In this document: positions 29,501-37,365 of the stretch, one piece after another
How positions within the stretch are numbered: the stretch's first letter is position 1
Layout: each line of letters starts with the position of its first letter
DNA from: Candidatus Moraniibacteriota bacterium
GTDB taxonomy: Bacteria > Patescibacteriota > Minisyncoccia > Moranbacterales > UBA2206
Assembly: GCA_003483065.1 (NCBI GenBank)
Contig: DMWY01000005.1
Coordinates: forward strand, 1-58,079
Direction: 5' to 3'
Length of the DNA: 58,079 bases
Made by a program: the position numbers and the translations under genes
The notes under the pieces: generated by a model
Database searches by the model: none
Seen by the model: only the letters and a program-made list of their open reading frames with translations
What the model was told of the DNA's origin: nothing

Positions 29501-32500
29501 TGCTAAAACTGATTCAACGAGCAATCCAACTTATTCGCCAGTTTTGAATCTGCGCCGAAGCACGCATATTTGGTCAACGGAGCCAATTACTTATACTGGA
29601 GCGACAATGGGCGCGCCGATAAATGCTGGCAATGGTTTTGGCTACAGTGGTGGAATTGGGCTTTCCGGCTTGGCAACAATTGATATGTCCAATGTTTCAA
29701 CAGAAAATCAATATGGCAATTTCTATATCTGGACTAATCCCTATACTTCATCAGTAGTCAAACCTAATCAGCTTATTACCAATTCAGTTTTTTATAATTA
29801 TTATGATCGTGCTTATTCAGTTCTCAATAAAACTGAAGGTACAAATTATGTCGGTGCGGATTTTGTCACTACTCATGTTGGCGCGGGAAACATCGGAACT
29901 GGTTATAATGCCAGTGCTTCACAAAATGTGGGAATCGACGGATCAATTTTTATGGGTCATCGCAATGCCTATGTGACAGCTCCGCCAACAGCGGCTAATG
30001 GGTCGGCCTCATTTTTTTCCGGACGATTATACAAGGTAAATAATTCTGAATTTTATAACAACGGTGTGGCTGGCGCGGGAACAAGCGGAGCGGTCAATTT
30101 CAGCTCAGGTGTAGCTAAAGTGGAATTGAATGATAATATTTTTTCTCTTAATACTAATGGCATAAGACTTTATGGAAATTCTTTTTTCAATATGTCTAAT
30201 AATATTTTTGATGCTCAAGTGGCGGATGATGCGACGACTAATGCCGGCGCCTATGGCAGTGCTATTCGCGTGGCGCAAACTTCTTCTTCAGTGGCGATTG
30301 CTGACAATGCCAGTATTTTCGGTCGCGGACTTTGGAACGAAGCGGACATCAACACGCCGGCAAATACTGGGACATTCGAAGCGGAATCGCTCATTCAATT
30401 TACGGGTGACAAAACTCAGCTTTTGAGCCCAGTGCTTTTTGGAACAGCAGATTATGCCAATATGTCGCGTGTGCCAGAAAATTATTATGTAAAAACTATC
30501 CCCGGAGCTGATGTGCGTGGCAGTTATTCTTCAGATGTTAAAGATATTGTCAATTTCACAACTTTCGGCAATATGTGCACTACTGGACCAAATCTAGTTG
30601 ACACTACAGTGCATACTTCTGGTGGTTATGCTTGGAGAATGGAGCCAAACAGTTCGGATGTTTCATTGGATTATTCAGCTAAATTAGTGGGTGTTTCCGG
30701 AAAACCATTAGCGGCGACAGGTTATATAAAAATAAATGAAAATTACGGATCCAGTAATTTGCCAACAGTGACACTTTCTGGATTAGGAATGACAGGCGCT
30801 AATCTGACTTGGACGGCGCAAGATTCTCCAAATACTTGGCAACAATTTGTAGTTTCTGGCACGCCGACTGAATCAGCTTTGGCAGAATTGAAATTAAGTG
30901 TGAAAAATAATTTCGTTGAGTCAGCTTCTGGTACTAGCGAATTGATTTCTAATGCTACAGGAAACTATTTGCCAATAAGTATGGAAGATAATGACGCATC
31001 CTGGACAGTCAATCAGTGGGTAGGATATAAACTAAAAGATTCAACTGGAAAAATTTTTGATATTGTCAAAAATACTGATAAAATACTATATCTCAAAGGA
31101 AATGTTTTGCCTCATCTTTTGTCAGTGACATTTTCTGCACTTACCCCTGGAGATTATATAATTTTCAATGAGCCGTATGTTTATCTGGATGATGTTTCTG
31201 TGCTTTCTGGTAGTGTGGACACGGGAACTTTGGATTTTCATTCACAAGGACAGCCGGTTTCCCCTTGGCTTTCTACGGGGCTCACTGCGGAAGGAGTATG
31301 GAATGCCCAGTGGAGCACTTTTGCCAACAGTGCTGGATCCTTCGGACAACTCTTGGGTGATGCACTAGTGGCGCAATATGCCGATATTTTTGGTGGCAGT
31401 CCAACCACAACAGTTTTCAATACTAATCTGACTTCAACTACGGATGATTTCTATTTGAACGGTGCTATCATCTTTACTGAAGGACAAAACAAAGGAGCGG
31501 TGCGAAGAATCTCTGATTATGGCGGAGCTTCCAAAACTGTGACAGTTGATCCAGCCTTGCCTTTTGCTCCAGCTGAGGGAGATCGCTTTGCCATTCTCGC
31601 TGCCACTGCTTCTAGTGGTGGAACTAGCGGAGGAGGAGCGAGTGCGGCTGATATTTGGAGTTATGCGGTGCGAACATTGACCGATGCAACCTTGAATTCT
31701 GGCAGTCTAGCCACCTCAGCTGATGTTGCCAATATTCGTGCTGACATTACTTCGGTTTTGACTGAATTAGGAACGGGAAATATTTCTGCGATTAAAACTA
31801 AAACAGATTCAATTGATTGGGATGATGTGACGGGGCTAATCACTTCTACGGGAGACATTCAAAACAAAACTGATACAATTAATTGGCTGGATATTTCCGC
31901 GATTAAAACAGATACCGATACGATAAATTGGAGTGATGTTACGGGGATAAAACTTAACACCGACACAATTGCTTGGGGAGATATCACTGCCATCAAAGCT
32001 AATGTGGCTACTTTGATTTTGGAAATTGGCACTGGTAATATTTCCGCGATTAAAACTAATACCGACAGCATTAACTGGTCAGATATAACTGGCATCATAA
32101 CTTCCAATGGAGAAATAAAAGCGAAAACTGATACAATTGATTGGGCAAACGTGACAGGGATAAAAACAAAAACCGATACTATCGATTGGGACAATGTGAC
32201 AGGGATAAAAGCTAAAACCGATACGATTGCTTGGGGAGATATTGCAATTTTGCAATCATCAGTCAATGCCTTAAATGATATTTCCGCTTCGGATATTTGG
32301 AATTATGCTACACGCACAATCACAGGCGAAGTTTCTTTGACCTCAACTTCTCGTCAGGCAATTTGGGATACTGCCTGCACAATTTTGAGTACTACGGGCA
32401 GTGTGGGAAAATTAGTCTGTGATAATTTGGATGCAAAAATTTCAGAAGTGGGTAGTTCTACTCTTACAGCAGAGGATGTTTGGAATTATGCTACGCGAAC

Positions 32501-35500
32501 TATCACAGGATTTAGTGATCCAGCTTTGGCCGCGATTGCCAATAGTGTTTGGAACAATTCCACAAAAACATTAACTTCCTATGGCAATGACATCACAGCG
32601 CAAAATGTGTGGGATGTTTTAACTTCCAGTTTAACAACAGTTGATTCTATTGGAAAACTTTTGCAAGTAAATGTAGATGACACAATTTCTTCGCGTGCGT
32701 CGCAAGATAGTGTGGATGCGATGGCTTCTAATCTGGCTGTCGTACTTTCAGAAATTGGCACTGGCAATATTTCCGCCATCAAGGCTGGCACAGACTCAAT
32801 CAACTGGTCGGACATCACGGGATTGGTCACTACTTCCGGAGAAATCAAACTTAAAACTGACAGTATAAATTGGAGTGATATTGGAGCGATTAAGACAAAA
32901 ACAGATACGATTGATTGGGAGGATATAACGGCGATTGAATTGAAAACTCGTACAATTGAGTGGGGAGATATAACTGATATCAAATCTAATGTAGCCACTC
33001 TTATCTCAGAAATTGGCACTGGCAATATTTCTGCCATTAAGGCTGGCACAGACACAATCAATTGGTCGGATATCACTAGCATCATTACTACCAGTGGAGA
33101 AATAAAAGCTAAAACAGATACTATTGATTGGAATAAGGTGGATGAGATAAAAACCAAAACCGACACAATCGATTGGGATGATGTGACGGGGATAAAATTG
33201 AAAACCGACACAATCAATTGGAATGATGTTGACACAATTTCTTCACGCGTGGATACGACTGTTTCTTCGAGAGCTTCGCAAACTTCTTTGGATTCTCATG
33301 AAGCGTCTGAATCAACTTTCAGAACTAGCACAACTAATACTCTTTCGGATATTTCTAGTGATGTGAATGATATCGCTCTGGATGTTGTTGGGATACAAGG
33401 TAGCCTTTCTTCAATTGACACAAAAATTGATACATTAGCTTCTACACTCAACTCTATTGACACAAAGATTGATACGCTGGATACAAATGTGGACAGCATA
33501 AAATCAACAGTAGAAGATACGAACATAAAAGTTTCTGCCATTCAACTGGTTGTGGGAAACATTTTGGATAAATGGGGGAGTTATTCAGCAGGAGATGTTA
33601 TTGGATATGTCTCAGCACTGGAAACTTATGTCGGGGATCCCAATGATGAAGCTAGTGCAGAAACTCTTTTTGGAAGAATAAAAGAAGTGAAAGAAGCGGC
33701 GGGAAGCGGGGGAACAGTTGATTTGATTTATGCCCAAGTGCAAGCGACACACGAAAAATTGTCTGATGTGCAACTGGAGCTGGGCTATCAGGGGAAAACT
33801 ACCAGTGCTTATGATGACATTACGGCAATGAAAAATTATGTTGATACGGTAGAAAATAATTTGTTGTCGCTAGACTCAAGAACTTCCAATATTGCTTCTT
33901 CGGTGAGTGATGTTTCAAGTGATCTTGAAGATGTGACAGAAAAAATTGGTAAAGTTAATCCTGATTCCTTTGCGCAACATTTTGAGATAAAGAATAACGA
34001 CATTGTTTATCTAAAAAACAAAGTAATTGAACTAAGAGCTGTGAGTGAAATCAATCGTCAATTGATAGAAAAAACAATCAATGAACCGATAGTCAAAACA
34101 ATGATGGAATGGGGCTCGGTGGTTATCAAATTTATTATCGTCAATCCTTCCAGTTCAACTGACCAAAAAATTCCATTCAAAGCCTATCTTCCAAAAGAAG
34201 TACGCCAAGAATACATCATGGATTTAGGCGGGCTTTCCTTGAATTATGATGCGACAACTGAGCAATATTATGTGACAGCCGATTTGTCCTTGAAGGCGGG
34301 GGAATCAATTACGCGCGCAGTGGAGATAAAAGATATTTGGATAATTTCACAAGACGAAACGGATTCTCTGCGAAAACAATCAGAAGAAATGGCAACGGGA
34401 CTTTCAGATACCTCCTATAATGCTCAGGCAATTACACTTAAAACTGATATCAATACTAGATTAGATAAACTTGTGAGAAAACAAAAAGATAGCAATGCTA
34501 CTCCGCAAGATCATATTTTGGCATATCGTGAAAATCAGGAAGAACTAAAGGCGATTAATGATAATATGAAAGGAATGAAAGATTTGGTGTTAAATTCCGG
34601 CACCGGAAAAAATTTCCTCGCTTCTATTGGTGGCATTCAAACTTTTGCCACCTGGGGAATAGTTTTAGTCTTGATCTTTGGTATGGGAGCGCTGGGATTT
34701 TTCTATTACGCGCTGTGGAGAAAAAAAATAGTTTATGAAGATGGAAAAAAAGAATCCAAGAAAGAAAAAGCTGAGTTGCCGACGCCTTCTCCTTGGAGAA
34801 TTATCCCAGCTATTTTTCTGCGAGTGAAAAATGTCGCAAAAATAATGCTAGCTATCTTCAAAAAAATATTTTCTTTGTCAAAAAAAGTGTTTTTAGTTAT
34901 CGCTTTGATAATAATTATAGTTTTGGGAGTTGCAGGTTTTGTTGAATATAAGAAATATAAAAAAGAGCAAAGAGAAACAGCCAAAACAAGCATTCTAGAC
35001 GAGAGCAGAACTCAACCTAAAAATGAAGCAGGGGAGGACAAAGAAAAAAAGATTCTTTCCGCAGTGGCAGGAATTGAAAAAACAGCTAAAGAAAAATCAA
35101 AATCAAACGAGAGGGTGCAAGAATTGATCAAAGAAGATGAAAAAACAGAGGATTCTATTGTGGAAGAAAAAGAAATTAAAATTGAAACTGCTAAAATTAG
35201 TGAGCTAATTGTGAAAGAAACCCCTACGGGTTGGCTAAATGTTCGTGATGACGCTTCTGCCAGCGGGAATATTATTGCTAAAATTTATCCGAAAGAAAAG
35301 TATATTTTTTCTGAAACTAAAAATGGCTGGTACAAAATTATACTGAAAGACAAAAAAGAAGGCTGGGTAATTGGGGATTATGTGAAAGTAAAAAGTTCAA
35401 CTTTGCCAGAAAATTTGGAAAATCAAGAAGAAGTATTGGGAGTAAGTGTGGACAGTGATAAGTCAATTACAATCAGACAAACAAATCTGGAATCAGTAAA

Positions 35501-35669
35501 TGCTTATGAAAAACCAGCCTACACAGAAAAAATAATTTCCAAGGTTTATCCGGGGGAATATTATCCTTTACTAAAAACTAAAAACGGTTGGTATAAAATA
35601 ATTCTAAAAGATGGAGCAGAAGGCTGGATTTTAGGAGAATATTTAAGCGTAGATGAATTTAAAAAATAA
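23529..35669 (+). CDS. Giant (~4,000 aa) cell-surface protein: lectin-like and beta-helix domains, repeat stalk, TM hairpin, two SH3b domains
   Basis: Uninterrupted ORF (true start may be 23547 or 23562); N-terminal hydrophobic segment; LamG-like GTIDFWFK..WYHFRLTW..FDGSIDEFAIF; 15-aa repeats; two TM helices; ETPTGWLNVR..GWYKI..EGWV SH3b. Confidence 0.9.
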   Translation: MCAKFLMTKKRMKKTKIKIIFSLFAKKIAIFFGTAWNKYKKLCEKITPPFLSGFLRRNYPLFLAIVFLTPAFILLFLFVNSQLHKQPTFAADFTGKIKVSKQSTTLSTNGDWYTSLANSGDGINGDAESGTFNPIHPGSAVGTEGAAGTFTFGHLTLGASTTFANGQFIGFKAPSAQNLAGVQLVFENLTTTALSNVDLQIELVRFPSAVCTTSCTNYVTGTQAAYTYPADTIVERKTIWQFNNNLSGENIQPGNFGRATFDFRFDTPLPVGQDAANTHYGIRIANFGAGAPVFGTWAANVPYGKFPTINGTRRTIGVDDVDFSTAVSIEMPTVLSGNNVITTGGMVAINSVAGVGMPNTRRTQNEHWTATYSNSSSDWTISGSVSGMQARKLATTSIGSTGASWVDDSAVMTTLTKDLDTATNIICVNSISGFAVNQYIDIWDSNTAPAQFTILSVANSNATCPSSGPAILTTAAAVVNTHNYTVLKNATVAQAKWKARIIQGAIESFSVNMPTTTKICVADTTGFDINTASSTANNVAIWDNNSNIQVNRVTAVTSSGDASCASGKSLTVATAITAGTYTIDQNAKVAEISTTLSNAGTPSNGNIFRWTSFNHTQNPIGATLLSRTSSVQLAYAKNTAPATSNTNYPFLSNRHFYFVAYGDGDTTAPIDGDIVIVGNGKNDPDVGDSSNLTNDINWASRQSHIVTINKDWNAPMAYTGNLGATALATGAVGSGAGSLGNYPGVYSSNGGWVSALVTPGSQLGIDNSENKHYRVTIPGKIVVDSDASVAFGKTGSAIPASSTTDIFFDNTSPAMQSNLTVDSAATSTLTVVSTVGLNPGDTILIRDNDTPATTRIVAAIESSTVITTTAAMVVGYTTAQSAYVAKGLTTEIPTGADRRAGIYTMTGLNAAATPAQQNNRTGRVSLYGKGADAFRTMKSDLAVDIEGNIDSGYLGNNQTDSGETWVDIKDNVVGNWQPLDNISVAGGTNQLADNIFSTIGMAGNDDANQFPVWTGAPTKVDTGAGGRNSLPSPNMEVAEIGTIPMTDIYNADYNGGSVLFSTNYNNSSAWTIFGDNANTEINDAVYFGDQGSNAPYTLEFNLNTAMSAVADYVWEYWNGTSWTSFSPRDAYAYQVRTGYVSYLSADSVNNSLTASVVSGMQANFGVDQMVAISDNDSPTIYRRISALAAGVITFTEPIPSGYTIAQGARISRLNGGQWGSISPANIFSATGRRMISWTPANLAGTPTKTTVNGVNAFWVRARISTFTSFTTQPTNQTTPIGMSGLERISSGTINVSNGTQEAKISEVTAGSSFDPNEEWMLEYGESPGWKQIVPIVPSAPYTWHTNSGVLSQNTATADFHISNGDLSWGDYTVTAKVRMRTVTDATSRKIGIVLRDTLDGNGYGALIEKTTTQQRIGIYPITLGTEGTAYSNVTKAFSDNAWYWVKANVTGTGASTVISAKFWADGSGEPGSWDTTFTTSLAQGLWNTGQIGLFGDAMIADFDDISVDNGSVVLSDSFTDTGTWRLTGSTQGTLTNRVSAGMPYSSDYLNFTLKQKGGRDGVWKPEIGDKIYLSSTAIKSYKGISGTGTDAITTSNANTKYEKWDFEWNPTTSKWGVVGSASGADGSVAPGSAFSATGNKIGLTINSGNPTSTKFGDRMLLLQDNLKRNNGSWIGSNGMGSAVLIAPSQTLTSSSITPRYNIEGQSGTATARQRGTIDFWFKTNYAGTPSATLNPKGMYLVDYANQGNSERLFIRHTPDGYLEAGIFAGAVQNTLLKKSFSATAGQWYHFRLTWNDSDSGAIINKKKAWLDGVAFTIGEGQDTVIGARGANAGLLRIGNVWTYDAPFDGSIDEFAIFDDAIDTSGSCDWGTFTPSTSAWTNAGIVGCDDADSDQGTNIFRASFDQALNPQEGFVWADYAFGNPAMIFTNGADTGNDKIRIITYPQRTRVWVDNTGDKYTPSARIKYGSGFQENATAATLAGWSNNFTYHHRAKTDSTSNPTYSPVLNLRRSTHIWSTEPITYTGATMGAPINAGNGFGYSGGIGLSGLATIDMSNVSTENQYGNFYIWTNPYTSSVVKPNQLITNSVFYNYYDRAYSVLNKTEGTNYVGADFVTTHVGAGNIGTGYNASASQNVGIDGSIFMGHRNAYVTAPPTAANGSASFFSGRLYKVNNSEFYNNGVAGAGTSGAVNFSSGVAKVELNDNIFSLNTNGIRLYGNSFFNMSNNIFDAQVADDATTNAGAYGSAIRVAQTSSSVAIADNASIFGRGLWNEADINTPANTGTFEAESLIQFTGDKTQLLSPVLFGTADYANMSRVPENYYVKTIPGADVRGSYSSDVKDIVNFTTFGNMCTTGPNLVDTTVHTSGGYAWRMEPNSSDVSLDYSAKLVGVSGKPLAATGYIKINENYGSSNLPTVTLSGLGMTGANLTWTAQDSPNTWQQFVVSGTPTESALAELKLSVKNNFVESASGTSELISNATGNYLPISMEDNDASWTVNQWVGYKLKDSTGKIFDIVKNTDKILYLKGNVLPHLLSVTFSALTPGDYIIFNEPYVYLDDVSVLSGSVDTGTLDFHSQGQPVSPWLSTGLTAEGVWNAQWSTFANSAGSFGQLLGDALVAQYADIFGGSPTTTVFNTNLTSTTDDFYLNGAIIFTEGQNKGAVRRISDYGGASKTVTVDPALPFAPAEGDRFAILAATASSGGTSGGGASAADIWSYAVRTLTDATLNSGSLATSADVANIRADITSVLTELGTGNISAIKTKTDSIDWDDVTGLITSTGDIQNKTDTINWLDISAIKTDTDTINWSDVTGIKLNTDTIAWGDITAIKANVATLILEIGTGNISAIKTNTDSINWSDITGIITSNGEIKAKTDTIDWANVTGIKTKTDTIDWDNVTGIKAKTDTIAWGDIAILQSSVNALNDISASDIWNYATRTITGEVSLTSTSRQAIWDTACTILSTTGSVGKLVCDNLDAKISEVGSSTLTAEDVWNYATRTITGFSDPALAAIANSVWNNSTKTLTSYGNDITAQNVWDVLTSSLTTVDSIGKLLQVNVDDTISSRASQDSVDAMASNLAVVLSEIGTGNISAIKAGTDSINWSDITGLVTTSGEIKLKTDSINWSDIGAIKTKTDTIDWEDITAIELKTRTIEWGDITDIKSNVATLISEIGTGNISAIKAGTDTINWSDITSIITTSGEIKAKTDTIDWNKVDEIKTKTDTIDWDDVTGIKLKTDTINWNDVDTISSRVDTTVSSRASQTSLDSHEASESTFRTSTTNTLSDISSDVNDIALDVVGIQGSLSSIDTKIDTLASTLNSIDTKIDTLDTNVDSIKSTVEDTNIKVSAIQLVVGNILDKWGSYSAGDVIGYVSALETYVGDPNDEASAETLFGRIKEVKEAAGSGGTVDLIYAQVQATHEKLSDVQLELGYQGKTTSAYDDITAMKNYVDTVENNLLSLDSRTSNIASSVSDVSSDLEDVTEKIGKVNPDSFAQHFEIKNNDIVYLKNKVIELRAVSEINRQLIEKTINEPIVKTMMEWGSVVIKFIIVNPSSSTDQKIPFKAYLPKEVRQEYIMDLGGLSLNYDATTEQYYVTADLSLKAGESITRAVEIKDIWIISQDETDSLRKQSEEMATGLSDTSYNAQAITLKTDINTRLDKLVRKQKDSNATPQDHILAYRENQEELKAINDNMKGMKDLVLNSGTGKNFLASIGGIQTFATWGIVLVLIFGMGALGFFYYALWRKKIVYEDGKKESKKEKAELPTPSPWRIIPAIFLRVKNVAKIMLAIFKKIFSLSKKVFLVIALIIIIVLGVAGFVEYKKYKKEQRETAKTSILDESRTQPKNEAGEDKEKKILSAVAGIEKTAKEKSKSNERVQELIKEDEKTEDSIVEEKEIKIETAKISELIVKETPTGWLNVRDDASASGNIIAKIYPKEKYIFSETKNGWYKIILKDKKEGWVIGDYVKVKSSTLPENLENQEEVLGVSVDSDKSITIRQTNLESVNAYEKPAYTEKIISKVYPGEYYPLLKTKNGWYKIILKDGAEGWILGEYLSVDEFKK
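31770..33240 (+). repeat. Coding repeats: 45-nt units within 258-nt super-repeats
   Basis: IKxKTDTIxWxD(V/I)xx units; GTGNISAIK begins at 31770, 32028, 32757 and 33015. Confidence 0.9.
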
Positions 35670-35723
35670 TAAAAATAAAATTAATAACTTCGAAAATTTT
35701 AACTGGCTTTTTTGCAAATTAAA

Positions 35724-36707
35724 ATGATAGAAGATAAAAAAATGAAAAAATTTATAATTTCAAATCGGAGTATTTTTTTTGCCGTTCTTTTTTTGGTTAT
35801 TTTCTTGCCAGCATTGAGTGTCTCAATCTTTAATTTGTATGAAATTTATCAAACTGGAAAAAATGAAATCAAACAAGAAACGATGTTTTTGTCTAAGTTA
35901 GTTGTGGCCAGACAGGAACAAGCTATCGAAGAAAGTCGAAGGCTTCTTTCTCTATTATCTTTGAATTCGCTTTTGCAAAATCCAGATTCTGCCGTTTGCC
36001 AAGATTTTTTGGCTAAGACATTGAAGCAATATCCAAAATATACTAACATTGTGGTTCTAGGAGGAAACGGAGATATTCTTTGCAGTGGAATCGACATCAA
36101 ACAGACACTCAATCTTTCCTATCGAAATTATTTTCAGGAAATGTTAAAAAGTCGTTATTTCGTAGTAGGGGAATATACCATAGGAGCTGTCACTGGTAAG
36201 CCAGTCTTGCCGTTAGCTTATCCAATATTGAGTCCTTCTGGAGAAGTGACAGGGTCTGTTGTGGCTTATGAGGATCTCTCTTGGATGCATGAATTTAATT
36301 CTGAGATTCATCCTCCCAAAGGGATGTCTCTTTTAGTTTTAGATAAAAATGGAATAGTGGTGGATTGCTTTTTGGAAAAAGACGATTGTGCGGGAAAAAA
36401 GATAGAAGATGTTTTCTTGCAAGGAAGTATTCTAAAAGAAAGAGTTGATGGGACAATACAAACGAAGGGACTTGATGGAGAAAGAAAAGAATATTCTTTT
36501 TCAACTCTTAACTTGGGATTGTTTGGAGAAAAAATGTATGTTTTGGTTGGTATGCCGAATAAGATTCCGCTTAACTTTTTTACTAGTATTGTTGTTTCTA
36601 ATTTAATGTTGCTTTTATCCACAGCAGGAATGGCTTGGATGGTTTCAAAAAAAGAAAGCGAGGCTTGCGGATATTCTTTTTTCGGGGAGAGTAAGAAAAA
36701 GAAATGA
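35724..36707 (+). CDS. Membrane protein with dCache sensor domain and no cytoplasmic output domain
   Basis: TM, then YPKYTNIVVL..NGDILCS..NLSYRNYFQ..TGKPVLPLAYPI..LVLDKNG, second TM and a ~20-aa tail. Confidence 0.8.
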   Translation: MIEDKKMKKFIISNRSIFFAVLFLVIFLPALSVSIFNLYEIYQTGKNEIKQETMFLSKLVVARQEQAIEESRRLLSLLSLNSLLQNPDSAVCQDFLAKTLKQYPKYTNIVVLGGNGDILCSGIDIKQTLNLSYRNYFQEMLKSRYFVVGEYTIGAVTGKPVLPLAYPILSPSGEVTGSVVAYEDLSWMHEFNSEIHPPKGMSLLVLDKNGIVVDCFLEKDDCAGKKIEDVFLQGSILKERVDGTIQTKGLDGERKEYSFSTLNLGLFGEKMYVLVGMPNKIPLNFFTSIVVSNLMLLLSTAGMAWMVSKKESEACGYSFFGESKKKK

Positions 36708-36723
36708 CGCCTGAAAATATTTC

Positions 36724-37155
36724 CTAAAGAAAGGATAAAATTGCGTGATTGTATAAAAAGTGAAATAACATAGCGATTAAAATGGCCGGAAAAAACAGTC
36801 GGCTATTTTTTTGTGACGGCAAAAGAATGATTAGCGCGGTTAAGATATGCAAAAGACTAGTGATAATGAATCTTTGAAAAAATATAGGTAAACTTTCATT
36901 TTGTGCAAAAACTGAAAGATAAAAAAAATTTTCTGAAAAAGCAAAAAGAAAGGCGATAAAAATAGCTAGTTTTATCTGAAAATTTTTGGAAGATATCCGT
37001 AAGGCTAAAAGGATGAGAATTGCCTTAGCAACTTCTTCTAATATATAGGGGTATGGCAGGATTTTTTCTATTGGCAAGAGCAGTAGAGGAAAGGCCAAAG
37101 AAAAAATAAAGATAAATATTGCAATTAGTGGGTAATTTTGAGTTCCTTTTTTCAT
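36724..37155 (-). CDS. PrsW-like intramembrane metalloprotease
   Basis: EEVAK, FAFSENFFY, LH, and HFLYN motifs in a multi-TM protein. Confidence 0.7.
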   Translation of the reverse strand: MKKGTQNYPLIAIFIFIFSLAFPLLLLPIEKILPYPYILEEVAKAILILLALRISSKNFQIKLAIFIAFLFAFSENFFYLSVFAQNESLPIFFQRFIITSLLHILTALIILLPSQKNSRLFFPAILIAMLFHFLYNHAILSFL

Positions 37156-37209
37156 TATTTTTGTTTTTTATGTTTTTAGTGTATCATTTATTTAGTTTAT
37201 TGAGAAGAT

Positions 37210-37329
37210 AGTGTCCCGCACAAAATTCCAATAAGGATTTATTTAATTTAATGATTTATGTGCGTGGCCCGTCTAGCGACTAGTTTAGGGATAATTCAAA
37301 ATTATTAGAGCGAATTTTTGCGGGATACT
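37210..37329. mobile_element. MITE-like element (~120 bp)
   Basis: Terminal inverted repeats AGTGTCCCGCACAAAATT / AATTTTTGCGGGATACT. Confidence 0.55.
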
Positions 37330-37365
37330 CATGTTTGTAGTTTCTCGCTTTGCTCGAAAACAAAC

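Noticed and set aside
32579..33235. 218-aa minus-strand ORF and neighbours
   Set aside because: Antisense to the repeat stalk of the giant protein.
31770..33240. CRISPR array or DGR template/variable repeat pair
   Set aside because: Repeats are in-frame, vary mostly at synonymous positions, have no unique spacers and show no adenine-specific mismatch pattern.
23529..35669. Prophage or contractile injection system locus
   Set aside because: Only motif-level resemblance within one membrane-anchored protein; no sheath, tube, capsid, terminase or integrase genes.
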